Positions 52,519-64,000 of a stretch of DNA of 64,000 bases are shown piece by piece (positions within the stretch are counted from its first letter, which is position 1; every line of letters starts with the position of its first letter). The stretch is from Eledone cirrhosa. Its lineage: Eukaryota. The notes below the pieces were generated by a model. The model worked only from the letters and a program-made list of their open reading frames with translations. It did no database searches and was not told the origin of the DNA. The DNA lies in contig OZ024750.1 in NCBI GenBank assembly GCA_964016885.1, positions 26,784,001 to 26,848,000 on the forward strand, written 5' to 3'. The translations under genes were made by a program, and so were the position numbers.

Positions 52519-52880
52519 AACATTGATGCAATTCAAATAAAGCACTCAACGTACTTATTCCACATAGGAGTGACGGAGTAAATATCGAATAAGGAAAAGC
52601 GAAGTAGTTTCAGATGTTCAAGTCCTTTAATTATAATCCTGTGATATATATTTCAATGGCGAAAGTGGCCACACTGTTCTGTGCGCCAGTCTCGCGACAT
52701 CGTCAGACAGCTTGTTACATAATAAGGATATGTTTCCGAGGCAATCCAAATTGAATCGACATAGGAACGGATGAAGTATGTGCTTTTGGGTTCTTCATCC
52801 GTTCCCCTGTGAGTACCAATTTACCCCACTGGTCTGCGGAGGCGCAGGTCCAGGGGGAAGTTGACCATTAGCTATGGCAG
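52513..52880 (-). mobile_element. PLE-type pLTR (family D) with hammerhead at 52639-52710
   Basis: Minus strand reads CTGT CTGACGA [long stem GCGAGA..TGGC..GCCA..TTTCGC] GAAA TATATA TC ACAG; homolog at about 63030-63250; 3' end in (TA)n. Confidence 0.65.
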
Positions 52881-52899
52881 ATTTAAACGAAATTCGCTT

Positions 52900-53722
52900 A
52901 GTCCGTTCCCTCTCTCAGCCAGACAATGACCCATTCAAGCCTGCACCATAGTTTACTGCAGCCTGGCCTCCGATAGGCTGATGCGCCAGCTCGACCAGTA
53001 CCACCTTGCCTGTTTTCGCGCGGCCTCCAAAACCCACAGTGGTGCCTGGCTCCATGCCTGGCTCTCCTTTCACCACAGGCACGCATTTGGATAACGATAA
53101 CCTCCGAATCAGCGTTTGCTTAAGCTTCCGGATCTCCGAACCACAAAAATGTCGCTGTGGATCCATGATGGACTCTTTCGGCCTACACCCGCTCTCCTGT
53201 CACTACAGTGCCAGCCGCTATCCATGCCATGCTGCCCTCAACGAACTCATAAAGACTGGTTTGTACGCTGCAGGCTTCCCTTCCCAACTCGAGCCGGTGG
53301 AGCTGGACCGAGGGGACGACAAAAGGCCAGACGGTATGACCATCTTCCCGTTCCGCGGAGGCAAGACCCTCGTCTGGGCTGCCAGGTACTGCTGCCCATC
53401 GCTCTGAGGAGGCCAAACTCACCAAGAACCAGTCGCCCCCCGACAAAGGCAACTTCTGGTGTCCTTGGCCCTAGGGCTATCTCTCTATTCACCACCATAA
53501 GCGGTGTGTGCCTCTCGAGTTGGAATTGCTCTTCCAGCACATCTCCGTTACCATCCTCCGGGGAAATGCCTTCTCCATTCTGTACGCCGAGGCTATGGGG
53601 GGCCAGCACTTAGGACCCCATTTGCTCACTATACGGATTAAGACATATAACCTCTCTTTTTCTTTTATTTACTCTTTTACAATTAAAAGGTTAGTCTTAC
53701 ATAATACTGCAGTAAAAAAAAA
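52900..53722 (+). mobile_element. CRE-clade non-LTR retrotransposon 3' fragment (Zn finger plus restriction-like endonuclease), frameshifted
   Basis: HSGAWLHA; CRCG..DSFGLHPLSC..HAALNELI..EPVELDRGDDKRPDGMTIFPFRGGKTLVW; LFQHISVTILRGNAFSIL; short A-tail at about 53714-53722. Confidence 0.85.
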
Positions 53723-54095
53723 TGCAAGTAAATTATATAGTGAAATAGAATATGAGTAATCTACTGAAGTTTAGCACAAAGAGTGCACACGTCGTCTCGA
53801 GACACTGAACGCTAACGATAATTCTGTTAGCATCGTCGTGAGGAACGCTATTCAGACAAAATTTTCGGAGTTTTCTTCACTTTCGATTCATAATTTAACC
53901 CGGCTTGCAATGTCCTCCCTTTCGATTGCTGGATTTATTATATTATTAACATGGCAGACCACTTTAGCAGATGGTAAGATAATAACTCAATTGTTATTTT
54001 ATTAACTTATTGAATACTTTGATTTCTGTCCTCAAATATTTTTCTAATTTTCATTAATATTGTCATGTTGTCACCTGATCCTCCAACCTAACATT

Positions 54096-54325
54096 ATTGT
54101 TATACTTTGGGAGGGTCATGTTGCCAATAAGAAACACACGCACCAGTTATTTCCCTCCATTTTATTATAACTTAAATTTATAAATTTAAGAATTTATAAA
54201 TTTCGGTTGGTTGGTTGGTTCTACAACCGGACGGTGGTTCATATATTGTCAAAGTTCTTTCGTCACACATTCTGTGACCTCTTCAATGACTGGGGCTTAT
54301 TTTCTTTGTTTTGTGCCTCTCCTAT
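54096..54325 (-). mobile_element. solo PLE pLTR (family B); hammerhead-like motif at 54248-54290 with C3U change
   Basis: Reverse complement of about 9655-9890; the core reads TTGAAGA. Confidence 0.75.
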
Positions 54326-54347
54326 ATATATATGTTTCTTACTCCAC

Positions 54348-54378
<31 letters not shown>

Positions 54379-55759
54379 GTTTGTGTGTTCGTGTGTGTGT
54401 TCGTGTGTGTGCGTGCGTGTATATACATGTGTATATGTCATCATCATTTCACGTAGCTTTCATCTGTAAGCAAGTTTTGCGTGAGTTACATAGAACAAAT
54501 TAGTACTGAAGCGTGTCTTCTGACCAATCAGTCAGGCCAAGGTCACATCGAGTTGTTTTTGACACAAACTGAAGGGTCCTACTCACCCTTTGTTTAGTAA
54601 GCTTTCTACGGCCGTATCCCTTTCTTACTACCAGCTGCTTTTCAGCCTGTACTGATTGCTTTTATTGTGTAGATCAGCAGGGCTAAGGAGGTTGTGTTTT
54701 TAAACAACTAAAGGTTTATCTCAATTCTTTTATGTATGGGATCTACAGCGGGTGAACTTCCACTCACCAACCACTCTGGAGAGGTTGACTATAAATCAAA
54801 CTGCAGAACCCTTCAAATGTGGAGAAGGGACAATAAGGGAGGGAGATCAGTATGAAGTTATAGGTATGTATGGGGGTTTGTTTGGCAGGCCAATGAGTAA
54901 GGGGTAGCAGTTACTGATTAGTGTATGGGGTGTATTGGTGTGAGGGATGTGGTCAACATGGTGGAGGTTGTGGCGTGATGGAGAGATATGAAGCGGGTTT
55001 AGGGATGAGTAAGAGTTAGGGATAGCTGATTAGTTCACGGGGAGTGGGGCATGTAGTGAAGGATGTGGTCGATAGATATTGGGGTCGTGTTAGAGAGATG
55101 GGTAAGGGATAGAGAGGGATAAGATTTGCTAATAGTGGTGGAGTGAAAAATGGGGTGAGAAAGCAGCTACTATTGGCCAATGGTGAGGATATCTAAGGTG
55201 TCTAGTGCTTGGGTGGTTCTCGAGTGCATATGTGTAGTGGATGCCGCATTGGGGTGAACAGATGGGGAAAGTAATCAGAGGAGAGAGGGTGTACTTTATG
55301 GATGGGTCAGGTCATATTTTGTGATTCTGGTCGGGTCTTCATTAACACAGCATAGCGCCAGCCACATCTGCCACATCTCTTGTGAGTCCATCGATTTCAT
55401 TCTGTGCCCCTTATAGAACTACTGCCCACCCTTTTCAGGCGTATCGAACACAGCCATCTCCCTGATTGTATCCCCTTCTTGTCCTCTTTCGTGCTTAGCC
55501 CTTTTGCCTCTGATGCGATTAGTTTTAGGCTTTTCAACTCTAAGATTTTGCAAGTCTTGTCCTTTACCATCCTACGGATTCAGTTGAGGTACTCAGTACA
55601 GTTTTGAAATACTCAGTGAAGAACAGTGAAGAACAGTGATAAATAGGAGTGGACTAAGGACTGAGCCCTGGTGGACATCGAATTGCACTTCATCACTCTA
55701 CTGGCATCCAGCTATTTTATACATGGCCCAAACTGCTTTAACAAGTCATTCATCTACAT

Positions 55760-56651
55760 CAAAGGTTCTCAACCCTTTTCGGCCAAACGCCCCTTTTGCA
55801 CCTCGAAATCATGAAACGCCCCCCTACCCTATTTTTCCATTTTTCAATATACTACTGACTTTGATATCAGTAGATTACTGGGCCAAATTAAGTTATGTTG
55901 AATCTTTAAAATATACTCGTACGAATTAAGTACAAAAGGTTTCAGTCCAAAACAAAAGCAAACTATTTCAAATTATATATTTTAGAAAAACAGACGTGAA
56001 TATTCTCAAAGATTTAATCTCAGTCGAAAAAGCTTTTTTTTTCAAATTCTATATTTTACTGTTAGCTGTTGTAATATTTTGAGTTGATAGACAATTCTAC
56101 AATTCAAACTGTAAAGTCAACATACAAAAGATGCAAATTATGAAGAATTTCTTACCTTTCTCTGAAATCACAAACTCAGAGGGAAAATAGACCTTGCAAA
56201 ATAAAATACCTCGTATGAAAATAAAATAATTAGTAGCAACGAATGAATTGAGAAGCTGGTTACAGTGAGAAAGAAATATCTGTATTCCTTATATATATAT
56301 ATACATAGATAGATACACACACATATAAACGCGCACACACAAACAGACACACACACACATATATACATACACATACACAAACTTCTGTGTGTGTGTGCCT
56401 TGGTTTTGGTACAGAGATAATTTTGTCTCGAGTTTTTATTGCCAGGTCAAATGCTACTGCTCTTTTAAACGACGCCAAATAACAAGGCCATATATATATA
56501 TATATATATAAATCTACATACATACATATATATCAATGTATGTAGATTTATATATATATAAACGCCCCCCTAACGTTCCCTTGTCCAAAACGCTACCCTG
56601 GAGATCCGAAACACCCCCAGGGGTGCATATGCCCCCCTTTGAGAAACATTG
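55760..56651 (+). mobile_element. complete 892-bp non-autonomous hAT element (MITE)
   Basis: Imperfect 13-bp TIRs CAAAGGTTCTCAA / TTGAGAAACATTG and a perfect 8-bp TSD ATCTACAT at 55752-55759 and 56652-56659. Confidence 0.92.
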
Positions 56652-56806
56652 ATCTACATCTAGCTTCCTAAGTGTCCACCATACTACGGAGAATGGGACC
56701 CTGTCAAAGGGTTCTCCCTGTCTACAAAATCTAGATACAATGGCTTACACTTCGCTAAGTACCTCTCAAGCAGTCGTCGTACTATAAAGGGGGAATCAAT
56801 GGCACG

Positions 56807-57830
56807 CTTCTTCTTCTTCTTCTTCTTCTTCTTCTTCTTCTTCTTCTTCTTCTTCTTCTTCTTCTTCTTCTTCTTCTTCTTCTTGCTAAAATGGTAGTGG
56901 TTGGGGGAAGAGTCTTCAACCATTCGTTCCAGTGGGTTTGTCAGAAGCAGCCGTCTCCAAATAATCCGGCTGGATCCCCAATCTAGACCAGATGTCCTCA
57001 TGGATGTTATCCAATCACCTTGCGCGGTCTCTGTCTCGGGGCTTCTTTCCGGTTGCGTTTACCCCTAAAATCTTTCAAGCGATTTTATCCCCGAGACATT
57101 CTAAACGCATGGATATAGTATCGTATCTGTAATCTCTCAATTCGGAGAAGTAGCGACTCTCACTGGTGGGAGACCTGATCTCCAAGCTACGCACCCTACT
57201 GAGTAACGTTACTCAAAATACCCTTTGGAGGAACCCAATTGCTGACGCTTGTATTGACGATCATGTTCCTTTCGTCATTACCCAAGATTCATGACCATAA
57301 TAAGTGTTGACACGAATACAGTACTGAAGATAACCAGTTTGGATTCTTCACCTACATCCCTTCTTCTAAATAACAACAGCTGAAGCTGGCGCATTACAGC
57401 ACCTGCTCCTGCAATTCTTGCACATAATTCAGCCCCATGCGTTTCATCACTTGTGAACATTGCCCCGAGATACATGAATTTCTCCACCTGTTTCAGTGGA
57501 ACCCCATTCATATATAGATTGCAAGGCACAATATTCCTTGAGACGACGAGTATCCCAGTTTTCACAGCATTGATTTACATTCCAGCCATGTAGAACTTGA
57601 TATCAAACCTACAGAGTGCAATTCGGTGATTACCTTCTGCCGAATTAAGGAATAGAGAGTCGTCTGAAAATTCTAGCCGACTGATTTTACACTTGCCAGT
57701 CGTGATACAATTTCCAGCCCGACTGCCCATGTCAATTATTTTCATGTAAATAATGAACACGATAGCTGAAAGACGCATCCTTGGCAGAATCCGACTCCCA
57801 TATTGAATGGTTTCCATTTAGCACCATTTA
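56807..57830 (-). mobile_element. 5'-truncated RTE-clade (Rex3/Expander-like) LINE with (AAG)n tail, nested in the outer RTE
   Basis: LSAIVFIIYM..ISRLEFSDDSLFL (RT FADD-like) and LKQVEKFMYLGAMFTSD..KLVIFSTVFVSTL; 3' (CTT)n at 56807-56885. Confidence 0.8.
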
Positions 57831-58776
57831 TCCAGTGGTAGTCCTGCCTAGCATAAATTCAAACGTCATTTTATCTACTTTGATTATCTCCCGAATTAAT
57901 CATGCTATAACATTTTCAACAAATTTTATGATATGGTCCATCAACTCGATATTTCTATACTTATTCTCTCTCGTGTATCTTAATTGCCCTTGTTGAAGTT
58001 GACACTAACTTTGCTGCACCAGTCATTGGATATGACACATTTCTTGGACTACTTGATTAACTATATGTCTGACTAGCACATATCCTACAATGCCGGGTGC
58101 TTTTAGCATCTCGCCAAATATACCAGATCGTCCAGTGGTCTTGTCTAGTTTCATGTCCCTAATTGCTTTTTCTATCACATTGCTGGCAACCTCTTAGCTG
58201 ATCCCTTAGTCAGATCTACATGTGGTAATCCCTTACTGTCCTATTTATTCTCTTCGTTCAGTAGTCTCTCGTAGTAAGTACTTCTTTTCGGCATAAGACA
58301 GGGTAGGTGTTCTACTATCATTTCGACCATTTCACGATTTTCTCTAGCACACTCTCTTGCAATCCGATATACACCCTTCAACTGTTCTACGCGACGAAGA
58401 ACATGAGCAACTGTTTTCATCCCTTTGCCCTTGCTAGAGATGAGTCAAGCTGTTCATGTTAGAAAGAAGTGGCGCCGATATAATACTCGATGTAATGGCC
58501 GTATAACTCAGGGTTAGGTGCAGTATACTGGGAGAAAATTTGAGCTTCGTCGTAGCTGACGAACAAATCGGCGTATTTCGTGCACATTCAATTTACCATG
58601 GCTATCCCAGTAATTTGTTGGTAATACTTTCCCGAAATGGTTGAGGTTGAGAACAACTGAATCTTTTATCACCACTTTAATCTTATAATAATTGATATGG
58701 TATATAATTGATACCCCATTTATAACTATTTAATTAATGATATATTCAACATTGTTATGTATATTGATATTTTCAG

Positions 58777-58911
58777 AATGCCCAGCAGGAACGTATGGTG
58801 AGTTTTGTCGATTGACATGCCATTGTTTCAAAAACAGTAAGTGTGACAAGCTAACTGGAAGGTGTCCAGCTGGATGTGCTGCAGGTTATATGGGAGACAG
58901 CTGCAACACAG
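58777..58911 (+). CDS. internal exon encoding a laminin/MEGF-type EGF-like repeat (multiple-EGF-domain protein, MEGF10/Draper/SREC-like module)
   Basis: TTTTCAG acceptor, AG|GTATTT donor, 135 bp, phase 1-1; peptide ECPAGTYGEFCRLTCHCFKNSKCDKLTGRCPAGCAAGYMGDSCNT with 8 Cys and the CPxGxYGxxC motif. Confidence 0.9.
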
Positions 58912-58937
58912 GTATTTCCTAATGATTCTAAGTATTT

Positions 58938-59005
<68 letters not shown>

Positions 59006-59085
59006 CTCTACGGTTCTTAAATATTTGATAGATATTTATCCTTATCGAGCCCTCTTTAGATTTTAGTCTTCAAATTTATTATTAT

Positions 59086-59138
<53 letters not shown>

Positions 59139-60204
59139 TATATCTAACAGATGAACCTAATTCTAAGTGCATTATCTTATTACTCCTACACTCCTTGAAA
59201 TCTTACTTTCCTCTTATTATTCTTATTATTATTATGAACATCTCAATGTATCCCTAATATTATTCATCATGTTCTTTATATCTACCATGCATATTTTACT
59301 ATTTTATTACCTTTATTGTTTCTATTATTGTTTCTATTATTGTCTTATTTATACACAATTTGTTATTGATGCTGTGAAAACTAAAGCCCCATGATTCGAA
59401 CTAACAATCCCTACCTTTATTATAGACCACTTAAATAACGAATCTACAACTCCATTTAACACCACATAAAAACTATCATCCTCACTAAATTAATAAAACT
59501 AAAATATGTATTTGTCAAATAATAAGTAAATCTCCGGTTTATTGCCAGAATACCTACAGCATAGTAGATACCTCATAAATCCTGTCTCCAAGTACATTTT
59601 TGTGGTTACTGTTATCTCGTCGCCACCTTAACACTATATCTAATGTACCCTATAGCAGTTTTCACATGTCAATTCCATACATCTGTATCATATCAGTTTG
59701 TTTAACATGCTAGATTCTTCATTATACTCTATCTCTTACTTATATTGATGTTATAATTTTAACTATTTGCTATCTAGTTATTTTATTTTATTATTGATAT
59801 TATTGTTCTGGTTTAATACCACACATATATAAAAGCCATGCCTTGTGTATCTTCTTCATTTCGCGTGCTCTGATGAAAACGACTGGTTATAAACAAAGAA
59901 TTGGAGCTCGATTGGCGCATAATAAGGCGGATAGCGAACGCTAGACCTACCAGATCAAAAGAACAATTGTCAGCAATGTGAATAAAGCCCTTATTGTATA
60001 GCGAACCATGTCACTCTTCTTTCTTGAATTCTTATTACTCCAAGTAGAAACTACATAGAAATCACCGCGAACTCGCAGCATAACTATGGAAACGTCTTGT
60101 TGAGTCAAACTAACCTACACGTTAATACTATCCACTACACGGAGTACTCCAACTGGACTACACTACATCTAAGTGGACTGCCTATAACGATAACTTGTTA
60201 TCCC

Positions 60205-60258
60205 GTGTATATATATATATACATATATATATACACACAATAATATATATACACAATA

Positions 60259-60289
<31 letters not shown>

Positions 60290-60320
60290 CATATATATAT
60301 ACACACAATAATATATATAC

Positions 60321-60363
<43 letters not shown>

Positions 60364-60388
60364 TATATACACACAATAATATATATAC

Positions 60389-60435
<47 letters not shown>

Positions 60436-60466
60436 TATATACACACAATAATATATATACACAATA

Positions 60467-60508
<42 letters not shown>
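60205..60508. repeat. compound TA/ACACAATA tandem repeat
   Basis: The unit ATATACACACAATAATATATATACACAATAAT(AT)n repeats about 4 times. Confidence 0.85.
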
Positions 60509-60512
<4 letters not shown>

Positions 60513-60824
60513 AATGTCGAGAATAGATAGATCAGATTTTTAATGTTTACTGTAGATTGCGACTTCTAGTCTTATGTTCTTGAAAACTTAAGATATTTAC
60601 TTATTCATCCTTTCTCTCATTACATTTAATCGCATGGTTCGCTATTCTAACAACCTATATGCATTGAGCACATTAACCTTCTCTATACTGGCTAGAAATC
60701 TGCATAACTAATCACCTTTGTTTCCTCCGGATTAGCTTACTTGCATTTTACTGTAACATTGGCCCAGAGCAGCAGTGTTGAGGCGAAAAAGATAACGAAT
60801 GCTAAATTTGTCGATGGATTTGAT

Positions 60825-61240
60825 TCAGGAGGTGGAGACTGTGTCGAGGAGTATGGGGCTTTGAATGAATGAGATTAAGATGAAGTATATGGGAGAGAAT
60901 ATTATGTAGCCAGAGAAGATTACTAATGTAGGGGGGAAACCGCTAGAATTGGTTGAGGACTTCCTGTATCTCGGAGCCAATTGGGAATAAGAAGATGATG
61001 TGGTAGGGTGAAAGAGCAAAGCCTGGGCGGCGTGCCACAGTTTGAGCTCGGTGTGGAAGTCGGACCTTCGTAAAGACCTGAAGATCCGTCTCTTCGTTGC
61101 TGTAGTGGAGTCTGTGCTACTGTATGGGTCTGAGACTGGGGCACTGACCAAGAAACTTACTCAGATGGTGGATGTGCGCTACACGAGAATGCTAAGGATC
61201 GCTCTGAACATTAATCAGTATACACTGAGGATGAAGAACT
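60825..61240 (+). mobile_element. RTE-like LINE RT C-terminal fragment
   Basis: LELVEDFLYLGA..KAWAACHSLSSVWKSDLRKDLKIRLFVAVVESVLLYGSET..YTRMLRIALNI, with stops. Confidence 0.8.
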
Positions 61241-61443
61241 TTTTGTTTTGTTTTGATTCATATGATAGAAGAAGATATTAACTAATTGTTTGCCTAATTA
61301 CTACGTTTCATATTGTAATTTACATTCCGTTCTACTGTACGTTCAATAAATGGATAATATATCTGTAATATTGATCCCCTTTCAAAACTTCTTGCTATAA
61401 TTTAAACATCTCCCTATTGATTAGTTATTATATATATATATGG

Positions 61444-61505
<62 letters not shown>

Positions 61506-61506
61506 C

Positions 61507-61798
61507 GAATATAAAATGAAAGTACTTTTATATAGGAATTTATCAGGATAGTGTATGTCATGCACTTTCCCTTCTCTTCTTCCTTTCTTACAACTAATAA
61601 AAATACTTTGATTTTTCTGATTTTTTACAATTTATACAATATCTCTGAAGAAGTGACAACTGATTATACATTTGCTATCGAATACTTGCTAACATTATAT
61701 GATTACTCAAACAGCGATACATAGGTATTCCGTCTGTTACAGAAACATATGTCAATTCCTAATAAATTCCTTTATAAAAGCACTTTCATTTTATATTC
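61507..61798. mobile_element. foldback element with 42-bp terminal inverted repeats (PLE-like inverted remnant)
   Basis: GAATATAAAATGAAAGTACTTTTATATAGGAATTTATCAGGA (61507-61548) versus 61757-61798, 3 mismatches; internal CTGAAGA at about 61645; lies between TA tracts. Confidence 0.55.
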
Positions 61799-61915
61799 AT
61801 CTTTTCTACATTTTCTCCGGAATATAATTTATACTCGTTGAGCAAACCTACACGTACGCTGTTCATCTCTAACGTGACGATATATTCTCACTATATTATT
61901 GATATCTTGAAATTG

Positions 61916-61970
<55 letters not shown>

Positions 61971-61971
<1 letters not shown>

Positions 61972-62150
61972 GATATTAAACAAATGGAAACTATATTTAT
62001 AAAACCATATTTATTTCATTATACATATTTCGGGGATGATACCATATTAAAAATATCGCATGCCTTCGTTAGATAAAATACAATATATAAACAGTTTTAT
62101 AAATAATTTTGACGTACCATAAATAGGAGCTACCATTATGTCGGAAGCTG
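61971..62150 (-). mobile_element. PLE pLTR remnant (family C) with mutated hammerhead (about 62012-62080)
   Basis: Homologous to 48475-48650; the core reads CTAACGA (G5A), while GAAA TATGTA TA and stem I are retained. Confidence 0.65.
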
Positions 62151-62296
62151 GTTTGGTAGTGAAATGTTTACAAATATTTAGTGTTAAGCACAGTTAAAAA
62201 GAAGGACGGAGAAAAAGAAGAAATGTATGCAAAGAAAAACAGAGAGAAAAAACAGAGAGAAAAAACAGAGAGATAGGGGAGAGAGAAATAGGGAGG

Positions 62297-62327
<31 letters not shown>

Positions 62328-62336
<9 letters not shown>

Positions 62337-62534
62337 AGATCAAAAGATGGTTAAAAGAGTTCCGTGTATTTTATTATGCGCATTTCAAAAACAAATATCA
62401 TCATGCAATAACATGGAACTCTTTTAACCATCTTTTGATCTTATATATTATGTATACTCCAGTCCTACAAACTGTAGAGTGCTTCTTATCCGATATCTGC
62501 ATTGCTTTATTGTACTACAATAAAACTCACCTCC

Positions 62535-62540
<6 letters not shown>
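62328..62540. mobile_element. short foldback plus 3' tail, PLE-like
   Basis: ATATAAGATCAAAAGATGGTTAAAAGAGTTCC is inverted at about 62415-62446 and followed by a TACTCC..GAGTGC tail ending in (TA)n. Confidence 0.55.
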
Positions 62541-62574
<34 letters not shown>

Positions 62575-62619
62575 AATAAAACAATATATATATATATATG
62601 TCAATAAAACTCACCTCCT

Positions 62620-62725
<106 letters not shown>

Positions 62726-63029
62726 TACTTCAATCAAGATTTTAACTTGTGAATTTTTAATTTCTAATTTTCAATCATAATTTCCACTGTGAAACCATAT
62801 CTAAAGTTAAGTTTATATTCTCTTAGCCGGTGATGGTTAATTCTATTGTCCAAGAATAATTTAGGGGTAGTATCGAGGCCTATTGAAACTCATACTCTAC
62901 CACTACCACTAGGTGTCGGTCAACTGCCACTGGCAGGGCGACTAGCAGTAAACTATAACCATGTCATATTACAGACATGGTTGGGGTGTGAGGGGACCAC
63001 CCAAGGTGAGTTTCGTAGAGTTTTCGGGT

Positions 63030-63367
63030 GGTGGATGGTCAACTTCCTTTGGACTTGCGCCTGCGCACACCGGTAGGGATGAATTGGGACACACAAGGGA
63101 TCGGGGGAAGGATTCAAGAACACTGGCTTTGTCCGTTCCATTATCGATTCAATTTGGATTGACTCGGGAACATAACCTCATTATGTAAGAAGCTGTCTGA
63201 TGATGTCATGGCACTGGGTACACGGTAGCATGTGGCCACTGTCGTCACGGCTTGAGCTCTGCCGTCGAAGTATTTTACATTTTCTTATATACCCACTCTA
63301 CTACACAAAGTATTGAGTATTCTGGTGCGTTATGGTCCACCTGGTTCCTTACTACACTTCCTTCGTT
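63030..63367 (+). mobile_element. PLE-type pLTR (family D) with degenerate hammerhead
   Basis: Homologous to the reverse complement of 52660-52870; GCTGT CTGATGA at 63192-63203; the 3' half of the core is altered. Confidence 0.55.
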
Positions 63368-63380
63368 ATATATATATATA

Positions 63381-63411
63381 TAACAATAATAATAGCAATA
63401 ATAATAATAAT

Positions 63412-63450
<39 letters not shown>

Positions 63451-63577
63451 TGTTTCTACTACTGGCACAAGGCCAGCAATTACCCAGTACATTACTGGTA
63501 CTTTATTTTATCGACCCCGTAAGGATGAAAGGCAAAGTTAACCTCGGCGGGATTTGAACTCAGAATGGCAAGGGCCG
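63381..63577 (-). mobile_element. SINE with (ATT)n tail
   Basis: Same family as 2100-2203; B-box-like GAGTTCAAATCC on the minus strand; (AAT)n at 63381-63450. Confidence 0.8.
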
Positions 63578-63578
63578 T

Positions 63579-64000
63579 ATAATAATAATAATGATTTCTT
63601 TATTGGCCACAAGGGCTGACATCAAGAAAAACATCACAGACGGAACAGGACGGTACGATGTGGGTTTTGTGCGTGTAAATATTTTTATCATTTATATAAG
63701 AAAAGAAAAAAAAGTACATAGAAACATATATATATATATAAACAATAAAAATGAAAATTGAAACAATGAAAAATTCCCCAATAGGGGGGAAACCTCCTAG
63801 GGTTACTCGTGGCGAAAACCACACAAAAGACCACGGCCACCCTGACCACCAGGGCAGCGCCCTCTCTCAATTTTTTCCATCTCTCATACTACCGACGTAT
63901 ATTCAGAGTGGTCCCGTTCACTCGGACCATTCTCGCTACATTCACCCACCTTTCAACAAACTTGCTAGAAAGCAGCACTTGCCTCTCCACCCTGATTTTT
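63579..64000 (-). mobile_element. 3' end of a LINE (possibly L1/Tx1-like) with short (ATT)n tail
   Basis: An open minus frame from the window edge reads KIRVERQVLLSSKFVERWVNVARMVRVNGTTLNIRR*, followed by a UTR and ATT repeats; the clade is assigned from recollection only. Confidence 0.45.

Larger units (their letters stand above)
54560..58440 (-). mobile_element. decayed RTE-clade LINE (outer element) interrupted by two insertions
   Basis: Minus-strand peptides: IEKAIRDMKLDKTTGRSGIFGEMLK (about 58100-58180), KYRNIELMDHIIK..EFMLGRTTT (about 57835-57965), FIVRRLLERYLAKCKPLYLDFVD (about 56720-56790) and VHQGSVLSPLLFI (about 55640-55678); purine-rich 3' region. The 3' boundary is approximate. 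Confidence 0.8.

Noticed and set aside
59865-59910. CTGATGA with a weak stem, possible hammerhead
   Set aside because: No GAAA or UH in a proper register.

Overview
AT-rich eukaryotic, repeat-dominated window; the SINE families resemble those I recall from octopod cephalopods (inference). Half of it (about 13.5-45.9 kb) is a 42-bp satellite with kb-scale higher-order repeats, and its ORFs are artefacts. The only convincing host coding sequence is one 135-bp phase-1/1 EGF-repeat exon (58777-58911). The rest is microsatellites, SINEs, RTE/CRE/Tx1-like LINE remnants, a hAT MITE family and many Penelope-like-element (PLE) relics. The standout is 4686-8188: a near-identical 467-bp tandem array (about 6.5 copies) plus one inverted monomer, flanked by a 13-bp direct repeat. 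Every complete unit carries an intact minimal type I hammerhead ribozyme and several hairpins, so it is a candidate non-LTR retrozyme (circular-RNA-derived retroelement), and it lies about 0.85 kb from a PLE GIY-YIG fragment. About ten further hammerhead-like motifs from several other PLE-type families are scattered through the window.
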